Assembly: GCA_045605305.1 (NCBI GenBank)
Contig: JAZUPS010000014.1
Location: 1 to 52,208 of the forward strand
Direction of reading: 5' to 3'
Source of the DNA: Victivallaceae bacterium
GTDB taxonomy: Bacteria > Verrucomicrobiota > Lentisphaeria > Victivallales > Victivallaceae
Length of the DNA: 52,208 nt
A program made the position numbers and the translations under genes. Below, piece by piece: positions 33,975-43,186 of this stretch. The notes under the pieces are model-generated. The model saw only the letters and a list, made by a program, of their open reading frames with translations, did not search any database and had not been told where the DNA came from. How positions within the stretch are numbered: position 1 is the stretch's first letter; each line of letters begins with the position of its first letter.

Positions 33975-35186
33975 ATGCGTTCTTACGATTTCGCTGAACT
34001 GGTTCACCGGAAAGTCGAATCCGATGAATTGGATTACAAATCCGCCATGTCATGGCGTACCATGACCCGGCAGGAAAAGGGCAAGATCCTCCGCCATTTG
34101 ACCGCCTTTGCCAATACGAAAGGCGGTTATCTGGTCATCGGTGTCAGCGAAGATGCTTCCGGAGTTCCCTGCAACTGCACCGGAGTAAGCGAAGAAGAGG
34201 CAAGTTCTTTCGATCCCACTCCCGTCGGGGACTTTATCAATTCCCATATCGAACCGCCGTTGGATTACACCATTGAGCGCCCGACGGTCGACGGCAAAAG
34301 ATTTGTGATTTTCGTCGTCCGTCCTTTCAAAACTCTGCCCCATGTCTGTTCCCGGGGGGTGGAAGGGGAGCTGCAGGAAGGGATCTTCTATATCCGTACT
34401 GCCGAAGCCTCCAGCCGTGCCGCCCGCCGCGCCCATGAGATGCAGGAACTTCTGCGCCGCTGTATGCGCAACGAAAGGGAACAGCTCGGCAGAATACTCC
34501 GGGGGATACTCTACGAAACCCGTTCCACGCCTCAGACCGGCAATGATTACAGCAGTGACCTCATTCTGGATGCGGAACGCTACTTCCGCAACCGCCGGGG
34601 CAGAGAAAATCATCCGCTGCTCTTCAAATTTTCCATCACCCCCGAAGAACCATTCTTCTCTGACCGGGAAGATTTGCCGGAAATGATGCAAAAAGCGCTC
34701 TTCCCCTGCAGTCAGCCGGAGTTCCTCTCCAAAGATGAGGCAGTTTCCGGAAAAAAGACTCCCGGTTCCTACCGTTATCTGGCTCAGGATAAACCGATGT
34801 TGTGGCAGTTTTTCGATAATGGCTTATTCTGTTACTTTAAATATCCGGCAGAGGAGGATCTTTCCATGGAACGTTTCGCCCGCTTCTGCGCTGAAGCGGT
34901 AACTTTTGCCGGAAATCTGGGAGAATTCGCCGGGTGGAGCGAAGAGCTGCTGACCTTGAAAATATCCCTCGTCCCCTGCCGGGATATTATGATCGACGGC
35001 CGTTACCGCGGCAGCGCCGGAAAAGAAATTTCCGCAGAAATCACCCGCAGTGCCGCCGATTTGAACAGCGGCAGGGAAAATCACGCCTCCCGGCTCCTGC
35101 GGCGGGTGGGCGAACTGCTCCGTCTGCCGGATAGCAAACTGGATTCCTTCCGGCAGGAGATCCGGAACTTTCTGGAGCGCCGCTGA
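33975..35186 (+). CDS. AlbA_2 (Schlafen-like putative DNA/RNA-binding) domain protein with ~260-aa C-terminal domain of unknown function
   Basis: N-terminal ESDELDYKS...LRHLTAFANTKGGYLVIGVSED matches the AlbA_2 signature. 5-nt gap from the upstream gene; its stop overlaps the DinG ATG (TGATG). Confidence 0.65.
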   Translation: MRSYDFAELVHRKVESDELDYKSAMSWRTMTRQEKGKILRHLTAFANTKGGYLVIGVSEDASGVPCNCTGVSEEEASSFDPTPVGDFINSHIEPPLDYTIERPTVDGKRFVIFVVRPFKTLPHVCSRGVEGELQEGIFYIRTAEASSRAARRAHEMQELLRRCMRNEREQLGRILRGILYETRSTPQTGNDYSSDLILDAERYFRNRRGRENHPLLFKFSITPEEPFFSDREDLPEMMQKALFPCSQPEFLSKDEAVSGKKTPGSYRYLAQDKPMLWQFFDNGLFCYFKYPAEEDLSMERFARFCAEAVTFAGNLGEFAGWSEELLTLKISLVPCRDIMIDGRYRGSAGKEISAEITRSAADLNSGRENHASRLLRRVGELLRLPDSKLDSFRQEIRNFLERR

Positions 35187-37240
35187 TGATCCTCGATGTC
35201 TTTAACAGCGCGGCAGAGGATTCATTCAACATCGATGAATTTGCCGTGGAGTATGAGTTGTCTTCCGGATGCAACGCCGATCTGGAAGAATCCTGCATGG
35301 AGTTCTTTTCCCCCGGCGGCACCCTCTATCAGGCAAGCGCAGTCAACGGGATGCCCTGCGAGGAACGCCCCCAGCAGCTGGCAATGGCCCTGACTATCGC
35401 CAGCGCGCTCAAAGAGGGAAAAAATGCCTGTATCGAAGCACCTACCGGAGTAGGCAAAAGTTTCGCCTACCTGCTTCCGATGCTCCATTACGCCCTCGCC
35501 AGCCGCCGTCCGGCGCTGATCTCAACGGAAACCATCAACCTTCAGCACCAGCTGATAGAAAAAGATCTGCCTTTTCTCAAGGAGCTTACCGGTCTGGATT
35601 TCCGCATCGCCCTTGCCAAAGGCAGGGGAAACTACCTCTGCCGCCGCCGTCTGGCGATGCTTTCCGGCGAACAGCGGGATATGCTTCTGCCCGCCCCGGT
35701 GATGGTGCTGGAAACTCAGAGAGTTCTGGATGATTTGAATAACGGCAGAGATGACAACTATCTCAACGGAGTCCGGGATAACAGCCGCATCTGGCATCTG
35801 GTTTGCAGTGAAAGCGGCAACTGCGCCGGGAGCAAGTGCGAATTTTACCGGAATTGTTTCTACTACCGCGCCCGGCGCAAATGGGATGAGGCGGATATAG
35901 TAGTTGCCAATCATGCCCTCTTTCTCACCGACCTTGCCATCCGGCAGGAAAATGGCAACGGGGGTACTTTGCTCCCGGATTACGGAGCGGTGATGATCGA
36001 TGAGGCACACACTCTGGAAAACAGCGCCGCCGCCCATCTGGGAGTACATGTTTCCCGTCCGGCGCTGCTCAGTCTGCTCAACCGGCTCTACAATCCGGAG
36101 CGCGCCAAAGGACTTCTGATGCGCCCGGGGAGCAATATGCTGGAAATGCGCGCCCTTGCCCAGCAGTGCCGGGATGAGGTTTACGGATTTTTCAACCCTT
36201 ACCATGACCTGCTTGCCAAAAACAACACTTCATCTTTGCGGATGAATGAGAATAACCCCGATACCATTCCGGAACTGCTGCTGACCATTCTCCGGAAACT
36301 TGCTTCGGGTCTGGATGATGCCGCAGAAGAGATAGAAGAAGAGGCGTGGAAGACCGAGTTCGTTTCCAGTGCGGAAAGGTGCCGGAGCTTCGCAGACAGC
36401 ATCCAGACATTCGCCCAGCGATTGATGGATGATGCGGTATATTATGTGGAAAAGGAGTCGGAATCAGTCACCTGTTACGCTTCACCGCTGAATGTTGCCG
36501 AATTGCTGGGCAATATCCTTTTCAACGGCAATTTTCCGGTGATGCTCTGCAGTGCCACCATGACCGTGGCGGGAAAATTTGATTACTTTCTCAGCCGGAC
36601 AGGTTTTGCCGGCGGGGAGCTGTCGCTTCTGGATTCCCCATTCTCCCCGGAACAGGCTCAACTGCTGGTAAAAGCGGATATGCCCGAACCATCTTCACCG
36701 GATTATCTGCCGCTGCTGGCGGAAAACATCGGCAAACTGGTGAAGGATAATCAGGGGAGTGCCTTTGTGCTTTTCACCAGTTATCAGAGCATGAAATATT
36801 GCACGCAAATGCTGGAAGAAGAGCTGGCTTTGCAGGGATTGCCCCTGCTGGTTCAGGGAGAGGGACTCAACCGCTCGGAGATGCTGAAAAAGTTCCAGAC
36901 GACCGACCATGCGGTGCTTTTCGGAACCGACAGCTTCTGGACGGGGGTCGATGTTCCGGGAGAGAGATTGACGCTGGTGATCATTACCCGCCTGCCCTTT
37001 GCCTCCATCGGCACTCCGCTGGTGGCAGCACGGATGGAGCGGATCGAAACGGCAGGCAAAAGCTCCTTTGCCAACTATTCTCTGCCCGAAGCGGTGCTGA
37101 AGTTCCGTCAGGGTGCAGGCAGATTGATCCGCACCCGCAGTGACCGGGGAAAAATCGCAGTACTGGATTCCCGGATCATAAAAAAATATTACGGCAGAGA
37201 ATTTATCAACTCTCTGCCGTACCGGATGGAGACTTTTTGA
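35186..37240 (+). CDS. dinG: DinG/XPD-family Fe-S ATP-dependent DNA helicase
   Basis: Motif I EAPTGVGKSF, DEAH box (MIDEAHTLEN), four-Cys Fe-S cluster region (YLCRRR...VCSESGNCAGSKCEFYRNC), motif VI FRQGAGRLIRTRSDRG. Confidence 0.85.
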   Translation: MILDVFNSAAEDSFNIDEFAVEYELSSGCNADLEESCMEFFSPGGTLYQASAVNGMPCEERPQQLAMALTIASALKEGKNACIEAPTGVGKSFAYLLPMLHYALASRRPALISTETINLQHQLIEKDLPFLKELTGLDFRIALAKGRGNYLCRRRLAMLSGEQRDMLLPAPVMVLETQRVLDDLNNGRDDNYLNGVRDNSRIWHLVCSESGNCAGSKCEFYRNCFYYRARRKWDEADIVVANHALFLTDLAIRQENGNGGTLLPDYGAVMIDEAHTLENSAAAHLGVHVSRPALLSLLNRLYNPERAKGLLMRPGSNMLEMRALAQQCRDEVYGFFNPYHDLLAKNNTSSLRMNENNPDTIPELLLTILRKLASGLDDAAEEIEEEAWKTEFVSSAERCRSFADSIQTFAQRLMDDAVYYVEKESESVTCYASPLNVAELLGNILFNGNFPVMLCSATMTVAGKFDYFLSRTGFAGGELSLLDSPFSPEQAQLLVKADMPEPSSPDYLPLLAENIGKLVKDNQGSAFVLFTSYQSMKYCTQMLEEELALQGLPLLVQGEGLNRSEMLKKFQTTDHAVLFGTDSFWTGVDVPGERLTLVIITRLPFASIGTPLVAARMERIETAGKSSFANYSLPEAVLKFRQGAGRLIRTRSDRGKIAVLDSRIIKKYYGREFINSLPYRMETF

Positions 37241-37241
37241 G

Positions 37242-37502
37242 TTACCTTCCGCGATGGTGGACAGGTTTTGCCGGACGGTGCTGGGGCTTGGCAGGTTTGT
37301 GTTTGACCTGTTTGTGCCGTTTTGGCACTTCCGGTTTCCGGAACTTGGGAGCCGGAGCGTGGTGGTGATGTTTCGGACGGAAGATCTCAGCGATCCAGCC
37401 GAAGGGGTTGCATCTTTCCACCCGGTGATGAGGTCCGGCAAAAACGGCAGTTCCCATAATCATCACAGCGGCGATCATCATAACTTTGGCAGTCTTTTTC
37501 AT
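37242..37502 (-). CDS. small secreted His/Lys/Pro-rich basic protein
   Basis: Signal peptide MKKTAKVMMIAAVMIMGTAVFA, then GPHHRVER...KHHHHAPAPKFRKPEVPKRHKQVKHKPAKPQHRPAKPVHHRGR. AAAGGGAAAG RBS region. Its stop lies 1 nt from the dinG stop (convergent). Confidence 0.5.
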   Translation of the reverse strand: MKKTAKVMMIAAVMIMGTAVFAGPHHRVERCNPFGWIAEIFRPKHHHHAPAPKFRKPEVPKRHKQVKHKPAKPQHRPAKPVHHRGR

Positions 37503-37707
37503 TTTCTTTCCCTTTCGTTTGAAGTTTGACTGTTTGCCGCATCCTTCTCAGATGCTTTCAACCCTATAACGATACGGGATTCCTAATTATTTTACAATCC
37601 TGATAAAATTTTTAAAAATTTTTCTTTTCACGCAGAAATGAAAAAAATGCCGCTCAAGCTGTGACACCCGAAGAGCCGCAGAGAGAAACACTACGGCAGC
37701 TCCGATG

Positions 37708-40425
37708 TCAATTCGGAATAACTTTGGAAAATATGATTGAATGTAATGAAAATGAATATTCCGCATACTGAATATTCAGCTTGTTTTCCACCAGATCGAA
37801 GAAACGCGCTTTATCCTCCGGCACAGCTGCCGCCGGGAGATAAATCTTTCCTCCGTCAAAAAGCAGATCAAAAGCATGAGAAACAGACAACTCCCTCCGG
37901 TCACTATTTTCCGGTTTCGCAGAAAGAATAATGTAATTGAAGCGCTCTTTTTCCAAGAGAATATTTGTTCCGTTTTTCAACTTCGGGTGACAGGCGGCAA
38001 ATTCCGGCGAAACGTCATTACTTTCCCAAAATACCGCAGCATTGTTCCACGCGAATACCGGCTCAAAATTGCCGGAATCGCTCCTGTTTCTGATGATTTC
38101 ATCAAAATTTTCCCGGGTCAACGGGATAATATCCTTTTGTCGTAAAAGCATATTTTCCTTTGCTTTGGCAAATAATTCATCCATCTTCTTTTCGACCGTT
38201 CCGGTGGCATAATTATCTTCCAGAAAACGCAGTCCGCCATCAGAAATTTTCTGCCACAAAAGATCATCTCTCATCAAAGCGGAAATTTTTTCAGCAAACT
38301 CCCTGGGAGTTCTGGCGATCAGAATATTCTCACCATCGGTCATCCCCGTTCCTTCTGTACCGAAATTACTGCTTACACACGGCACTCCATACGCCATACT
38401 TGAAGCGACCTTGCCTTTGGTTCCGGCGCCATAGCGCAACGGAGCTATGGTTATTCTGGCAGAATCAAGATAATCTCCAAGCTCTTCCACAAAACCGACA
38501 AACTTTATTTCCGGCGCGTTGATGACCGCCTCCATACCTTCACTGGTCATTATGGTATTGCGCAAAGCCTCACCGATTACCGTCAAGCTGCCATCAAGTC
38601 CATCAGCTTTAAGCAGCGGCAAAATCTCTTCCGCATAATACCTGACTGCATCCACATTAGGCTGATGGGCACTGCCGATAAAGACCATGGAGTGCCGATC
38701 GGCAAGACAATTTTTTCTCCCCATGATCTCCCGTGCCTGCGGGATATGGGTACAATCAGTTATACCATAATCATTTTCCAGCATCTTTTTCTCATCGGAA
38801 CTGATCACGATCACCGCATCGGAACGCGCCATGACAGATAATTCCAGTTGCTCTGTCATTGCCGCATGAAGATAATCTGATTCGGAGTTATTGAGCTGTG
38901 CCTCAAGTTTTTCCCGGACAAAATGAAGATCTACGGTGTTGAAAATATACGCCGCCTGAGGCAAATGACACCGGATCATACTGTCAAAACTTTTTGCTTG
39001 ATAGACCCGGGAAACAAAGGCAAAAGAAAAATATTTACCGTAATTTTCCAGATACCCCCGGAATGCCACTTCTCCTGCGGTAAAGCACTCCACCCCTAAA
39101 CGCTGCAGCATCGGAGTGTATTTCGGAATGAATTTCGGAGTGTTTTCACCGAAAAACAGGACGTGATAACCACGTTTAAGCATATATTCCACGAAAAAGA
39201 TCACATCCATCCCCCCGGAACCGCGATCCGGCTGAGGAATTTCAGCATCAATATAAAGAACCGCCGGTTTGGAAAATTTACTTCCGTTTTCCCACTCTTC
39301 CCGGCTCTGCCAATGGGCGTTTGATAATTTCGTTTCCTCCGGCACATCAGACAGTTCCAGCCCGTTTTCAGCACCGAAAAACATGATTTTTGCCAGCGGC
39401 ATGACAAAATTTTTCTTCCCGTCAAGCGCTATACCGGCTGTGAATTTCACGCTGTCCGACTCCGGAGCATCCGCAAAAACATTTCTGCGCGTAATAAAAA
39501 CCGGATGAGAATAGCAATCACATTCACGGAAAAAGCTGATACTGGAATCTTTGGGATCTTCCTCAAATCCCTGCCGGATAAATTCTCCATTCCGGCACAG
39601 TATCGTGCCGCTTTCCAAAAGTTTGCCGTTGGTTCCGTGAAACACCTGACCGCCGACGGCATCCGCATCTTTCCGGCGGAAAATGGCACCTGACAATTCA
39701 TCAACTGCACCGGGAACCAGAGCAAAATCATCATTCACAAAAAGAAGATATTCACCGGATATTTGTGTTTCAAGTTCCCTTTTATCCATTTCCGGCAACA
39801 AACGGACTCCCGGATAAAATTTGGCAATTTTGGACAGTTTATCCGCTTTTTTACCTGAAATAACTATTTCAAACGGTACTGTCGGCGGCTGAAGGAAAAA
39901 TATTTCCAGAAAACGTATCACCTTTGCCGCAGAACCGCAGGTTTGCAAAACAACTGATGTTTTCGGCATATCTGCCGGAATACGCAAGCCATTATCTTCC
40001 CGGTCAAAAAGTTTTCCCAAAACCTTTTCCTGAGCAAGAAAGGAAAAAAAACGGTTTGAAAAAACAGTATTTTCATCTCTTACTGCCTGATAAAACTTCC
40101 AGCGCCGATACTCTCCGGCAACGGAATATCCCAACAGATTATCGTACAACCGGAAAATTTTTGCCTGAAGTCTTTTGAAAAAAGATCCTCCTCCGCTCTT
40201 CCTATCCAACTCTCGTTGAAGCTCATTTATCTTTTCAACCAGAGCATCCATCTGCATATTCTGAGATTTGATATGACCAATCTGTATCCGGTTCTCATAA
40301 TAAAGCAGCCGGTTCATAAAATTCAAGTCACGAATTTTATTCTGCTGAAACATAAACAATGCCTCTTTTTCTTCCGGAGTGAAAAGAACTTTGTCAGCTT
40401 GAGACTCAGAAATACCGTTACTCAT
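37708..40425 (-). CDS. multidomain glycosyltransferase (N-terminal coiled coil, GT2-like module, C-terminal GT4/GT-B module)
   Basis: C-terminal FVGFVEELGDYLDSARITIAPLRYGAGTKGKVASSMAYGVPCVSSNFGTEGTG (GT-B E-x7-E region). The central region resembles a GT-A fold (VISGKK...LLFVNDDF). Confidence 0.75.
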   Translation of the reverse strand: MSNGISESQADKVLFTPEEKEALFMFQQNKIRDLNFMNRLLYYENRIQIGHIKSQNMQMDALVEKINELQRELDRKSGGGSFFKRLQAKIFRLYDNLLGYSVAGEYRRWKFYQAVRDENTVFSNRFFSFLAQEKVLGKLFDREDNGLRIPADMPKTSVVLQTCGSAAKVIRFLEIFFLQPPTVPFEIVISGKKADKLSKIAKFYPGVRLLPEMDKRELETQISGEYLLFVNDDFALVPGAVDELSGAIFRRKDADAVGGQVFHGTNGKLLESGTILCRNGEFIRQGFEEDPKDSSISFFRECDCYSHPVFITRRNVFADAPESDSVKFTAGIALDGKKNFVMPLAKIMFFGAENGLELSDVPEETKLSNAHWQSREEWENGSKFSKPAVLYIDAEIPQPDRGSGGMDVIFFVEYMLKRGYHVLFFGENTPKFIPKYTPMLQRLGVECFTAGEVAFRGYLENYGKYFSFAFVSRVYQAKSFDSMIRCHLPQAAYIFNTVDLHFVREKLEAQLNNSESDYLHAAMTEQLELSVMARSDAVIVISSDEKKMLENDYGITDCTHIPQAREIMGRKNCLADRHSMVFIGSAHQPNVDAVRYYAEEILPLLKADGLDGSLTVIGEALRNTIMTSEGMEAVINAPEIKFVGFVEELGDYLDSARITIAPLRYGAGTKGKVASSMAYGVPCVSSNFGTEGTGMTDGENILIARTPREFAEKISALMRDDLLWQKISDGGLRFLEDNYATGTVEKKMDELFAKAKENMLLRQKDIIPLTRENFDEIIRNRSDSGNFEPVFAWNNAAVFWESNDVSPEFAACHPKLKNGTNILLEKERFNYIILSAKPENSDRRELSVSHAFDLLFDGGKIYLPAAAVPEDKARFFDLVENKLNIQYAEYSFSLHSIIFSKVIPN

Positions 40426-40439
40426 AAATCACCCCGCAA

Positions 40440-42317
40440 CTATCGTCTGAAAATTTTCAGCAGCTTACTGCAAATGTTATACAGAAATTTACACAATGGA
40501 TGCAGAAACGTCGGCACATGCCGCTGTGCCATCACCTTGAACCATTGACGGCTGAACAGCGGAACTTTATTGTAAACTTCCTGCATATCCTGTATCACAT
40601 TATGGAAATTTCCGCCGCGGGCGTCACAGGCACGGAGCGCTTCACTGAGCATGAAAACCATATTCCCATACTCACAGCGCGCGTAATCATCACACATCAC
40701 CCATGCAGAATAAAATCCGTCATGCTGAACCGCAAATGGCCGCAATCTTTCCATTGCATGCAGTATCGTGCCGTCATCCGCAATCGGTTCCGGCGGGAAA
40801 TCATCATAACTCCACGGGTAGGAAAGCATCGTTTTGTATGCTGCAGAACGGAACCAGAAAAATGACCCCAGGGGAGCAACCGGCATCTTCAACGGTGAGA
40901 TCGGTACATTCAATTTCAATTTTTTTGCCAATTCCACCGTCTGCTGAAAGTTCATCGACCAGGAATCTTTCAGTGTGAAGTAATATGGACCGTGATTCGG
41001 CGGCGGCGGCATCAACATGCCGAGACAGGGATTTTCATCAAATGTCCGGATAATATTCTGCACATACTCTTTTGACCCGAGAGTATTTTCAAAACATTTA
41101 TCTCTGAAACAAAGCCCGATGGATTGCGGTTTGACCTGACCAGCCTTTTTGTCATGAGCAAAACAGATATAGTCATAATCCGGTACAACATCCTTGAACT
41201 CGATCAGCAATGTTCCCAAATCCCGTCCCCGGTTCTGCGTTACCCTGACGGTAAGTTTGCCGGTAACGATTTCACTGAAACTCTTTTCCACCTCGCGTTT
41301 GCTCTCTTCAGAAGAAACTGCAATGTAAAAATCAGTTTTTTCCGGCAGATTTGCCAGATAATCCCGGCAATACGCTGTCTGATCTTTGAAGTAAAGATGG
41401 AAAATGACCGCAACTTTACTGTTTGACGGCTCTTTGCAGATTTCCACAGGCAGAATATAATTCATATTCATTGCGCACTTGAGGTCTGCCAAATGGGTCG
41501 TCCGCAGCAAATTCTCCCAGATCATACCGGTATCATAATTGCAGTTTTTTTCGATATACTCCAGTGTTTTACGGCAGTTGCTGCCATCAATTTCCGAAAG
41601 TATATCAAAGTGATTCTGAAAAAACATCCGCCGTTTGACGATGGGACAGCGCCGGTTTTTGATCAATTCCAGCGCACACATCAGCAAGGGCTGAGTCGCA
41701 GTCGCTTCCAAATCATCCATCGGCACAAATGTATCCCATTTGTAACCGAGATCCGCAAACTTTTTGGTGAATATCGCCTCATACTTGCCAACTGCCTCGT
41801 TGTAGTTGACCACCGGAGTCATCTTTTCCCAGAAATCCTGATACTCCCGGCTCATAAAGAGCTTTTTGCGGACAGCAATAAAATTGGATTGCAAATGCTC
41901 CGGAATATAATTGTAGGAGATCGTACCGAAGGGATCATAATCCACTTTGTTGAACTTGGTGATCCCCCAGAAATCCAACTCCCGCTTATCCATCTCGGAA
42001 AACATCTCTTCAAAGGGATAAAGGGGACCGAATACTGTAAAATTGCACAGTACAAGCTCGTCGTATTCAGAAATTTTTTCCCATGTCAGGTGAGCCAGTC
42101 CGGTCTTGTATGCCCAAATATCAAATCCGGAGTTCTCCCGCACCAACAGTTCATCGGCAATTTTCTCTAATTTTTCTCTGCCTTCATCATTCAATTCACC
42201 GTTGCAAACCACCAGTAAATGATCGGAATTTTTTTTCAACTCACTTAAAAAATAATCCACATAACGATCAACAATACCTGATCCGTCAAAAAAGAAAAAA
42301 ATCGAAAGCCGTTTCAT
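40440..42317 (-). CDS. rhamnan synthesis protein F (RgpF)-like glycosyltransferase
   Basis: N-terminal FFFDGSGIVDRYVDYFLSELKK...LLVVCNG and ~600-aa size, typical of the RgpF/WbbX-like family. The ATG shares 1 nt with the upstream stop. Confidence 0.75.
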   Translation of the reverse strand: MKRLSIFFFFDGSGIVDRYVDYFLSELKKNSDHLLVVCNGELNDEGREKLEKIADELLVRENSGFDIWAYKTGLAHLTWEKISEYDELVLCNFTVFGPLYPFEEMFSEMDKRELDFWGITKFNKVDYDPFGTISYNYIPEHLQSNFIAVRKKLFMSREYQDFWEKMTPVVNYNEAVGKYEAIFTKKFADLGYKWDTFVPMDDLEATATQPLLMCALELIKNRRCPIVKRRMFFQNHFDILSEIDGSNCRKTLEYIEKNCNYDTGMIWENLLRTTHLADLKCAMNMNYILPVEICKEPSNSKVAVIFHLYFKDQTAYCRDYLANLPEKTDFYIAVSSEESKREVEKSFSEIVTGKLTVRVTQNRGRDLGTLLIEFKDVVPDYDYICFAHDKKAGQVKPQSIGLCFRDKCFENTLGSKEYVQNIIRTFDENPCLGMLMPPPPNHGPYYFTLKDSWSMNFQQTVELAKKLKLNVPISPLKMPVAPLGSFFWFRSAAYKTMLSYPWSYDDFPPEPIADDGTILHAMERLRPFAVQHDGFYSAWVMCDDYARCEYGNMVFMLSEALRACDARGGNFHNVIQDMQEVYNKVPLFSRQWFKVMAQRHVPTFLHPLCKFLYNICSKLLKIFRR

Positions 42318-43177
42318 TACATTTCCTGTGCGTTCATAATCATCCGGATCTTACTGTCATCCCCCCAGACCGCCGGAGAGTCATAGGCGCGATCCGGAAA
42401 AGCTCCATACTTCAAGGCAATATCCAAATCGTTGCGGGAAATGAACTCTTCCATCACCGTGCCGATCGCCTCAGCTTTGCCGGAACAGCAATTTATCACC
42501 CCATTGACCTTATCCTGCATCAGAACTGCCGCGATTTGAACGGCAAGAGAATCAATGCTGATAAAATCATAGCGCTTCTTCCCGGAAACGAAAGGAAACT
42601 CCTTTTTGCCCGCTTTTGCCGCTTCAATGACCTTGGCAAAGACGGAGTTGTTCCGGGAATCATCCCCGAGGATGTAGTAACCGCGCAGCCATTGAAAAAT
42701 CATATCTCTCTCCCGGCATAACAATTCCGTTGACTGCCGCAAAGCGTTTTTGGCAATCCCGTAAAGGGAAAGTGGACTGCAGGGGGTATTTTCATCTATC
42801 GCCCCTTCAAAGTATCCCACCTCGTGCATACTGCCCATTACCGCCAGCTGCCTGATACCATGATCGGCGATTCGGGTCAGAAAAGAGTAATGAGCAGAAA
42901 GCATCTCCATGTGCAACGGAGAAGCATGTTGAAATCCCGCCCGCCATGCCAGGTGAAGACAGGCATCGGCCTTTTCGCCCTGAAGAATATCTGCCACCGG
43001 AGTGTTGAATATATCCCCGGCAAACTGCACCGCCGCCGGGTCAACAAACTCCATGGAAATATCCGCAGCAATAACTTTTGCTCCGCATTCAAGCAATGCA
43101 TCAACCACATGGGACCCGATGTACCCATTGGCTCCGGTTACTAAAATAGATTTACATTTTTCTGACATGATTTCCAA
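42317..43177 (-). CDS. NAD-dependent epimerase/dehydratase family protein
   Basis: VTGANGYIGSHV (GxxGxxG); YGIAK (YxxxK). Confidence 0.85.
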   Translation of the reverse strand: MEIMSEKCKSILVTGANGYIGSHVVDALLECGAKVIAADISMEFVDPAAVQFAGDIFNTPVADILQGEKADACLHLAWRAGFQHASPLHMEMLSAHYSFLTRIADHGIRQLAVMGSMHEVGYFEGAIDENTPCSPLSLYGIAKNALRQSTELLCRERDMIFQWLRGYYILGDDSRNNSVFAKVIEAAKAGKKEFPFVSGKKRYDFISIDSLAVQIAAVLMQDKVNGVINCCSGKAEAIGTVMEEFISRNDLDIALKYGAFPDRAYDSPAVWGDDSKIRMIMNAQEM

Positions 43178-43186
43178 TCCGATAGA

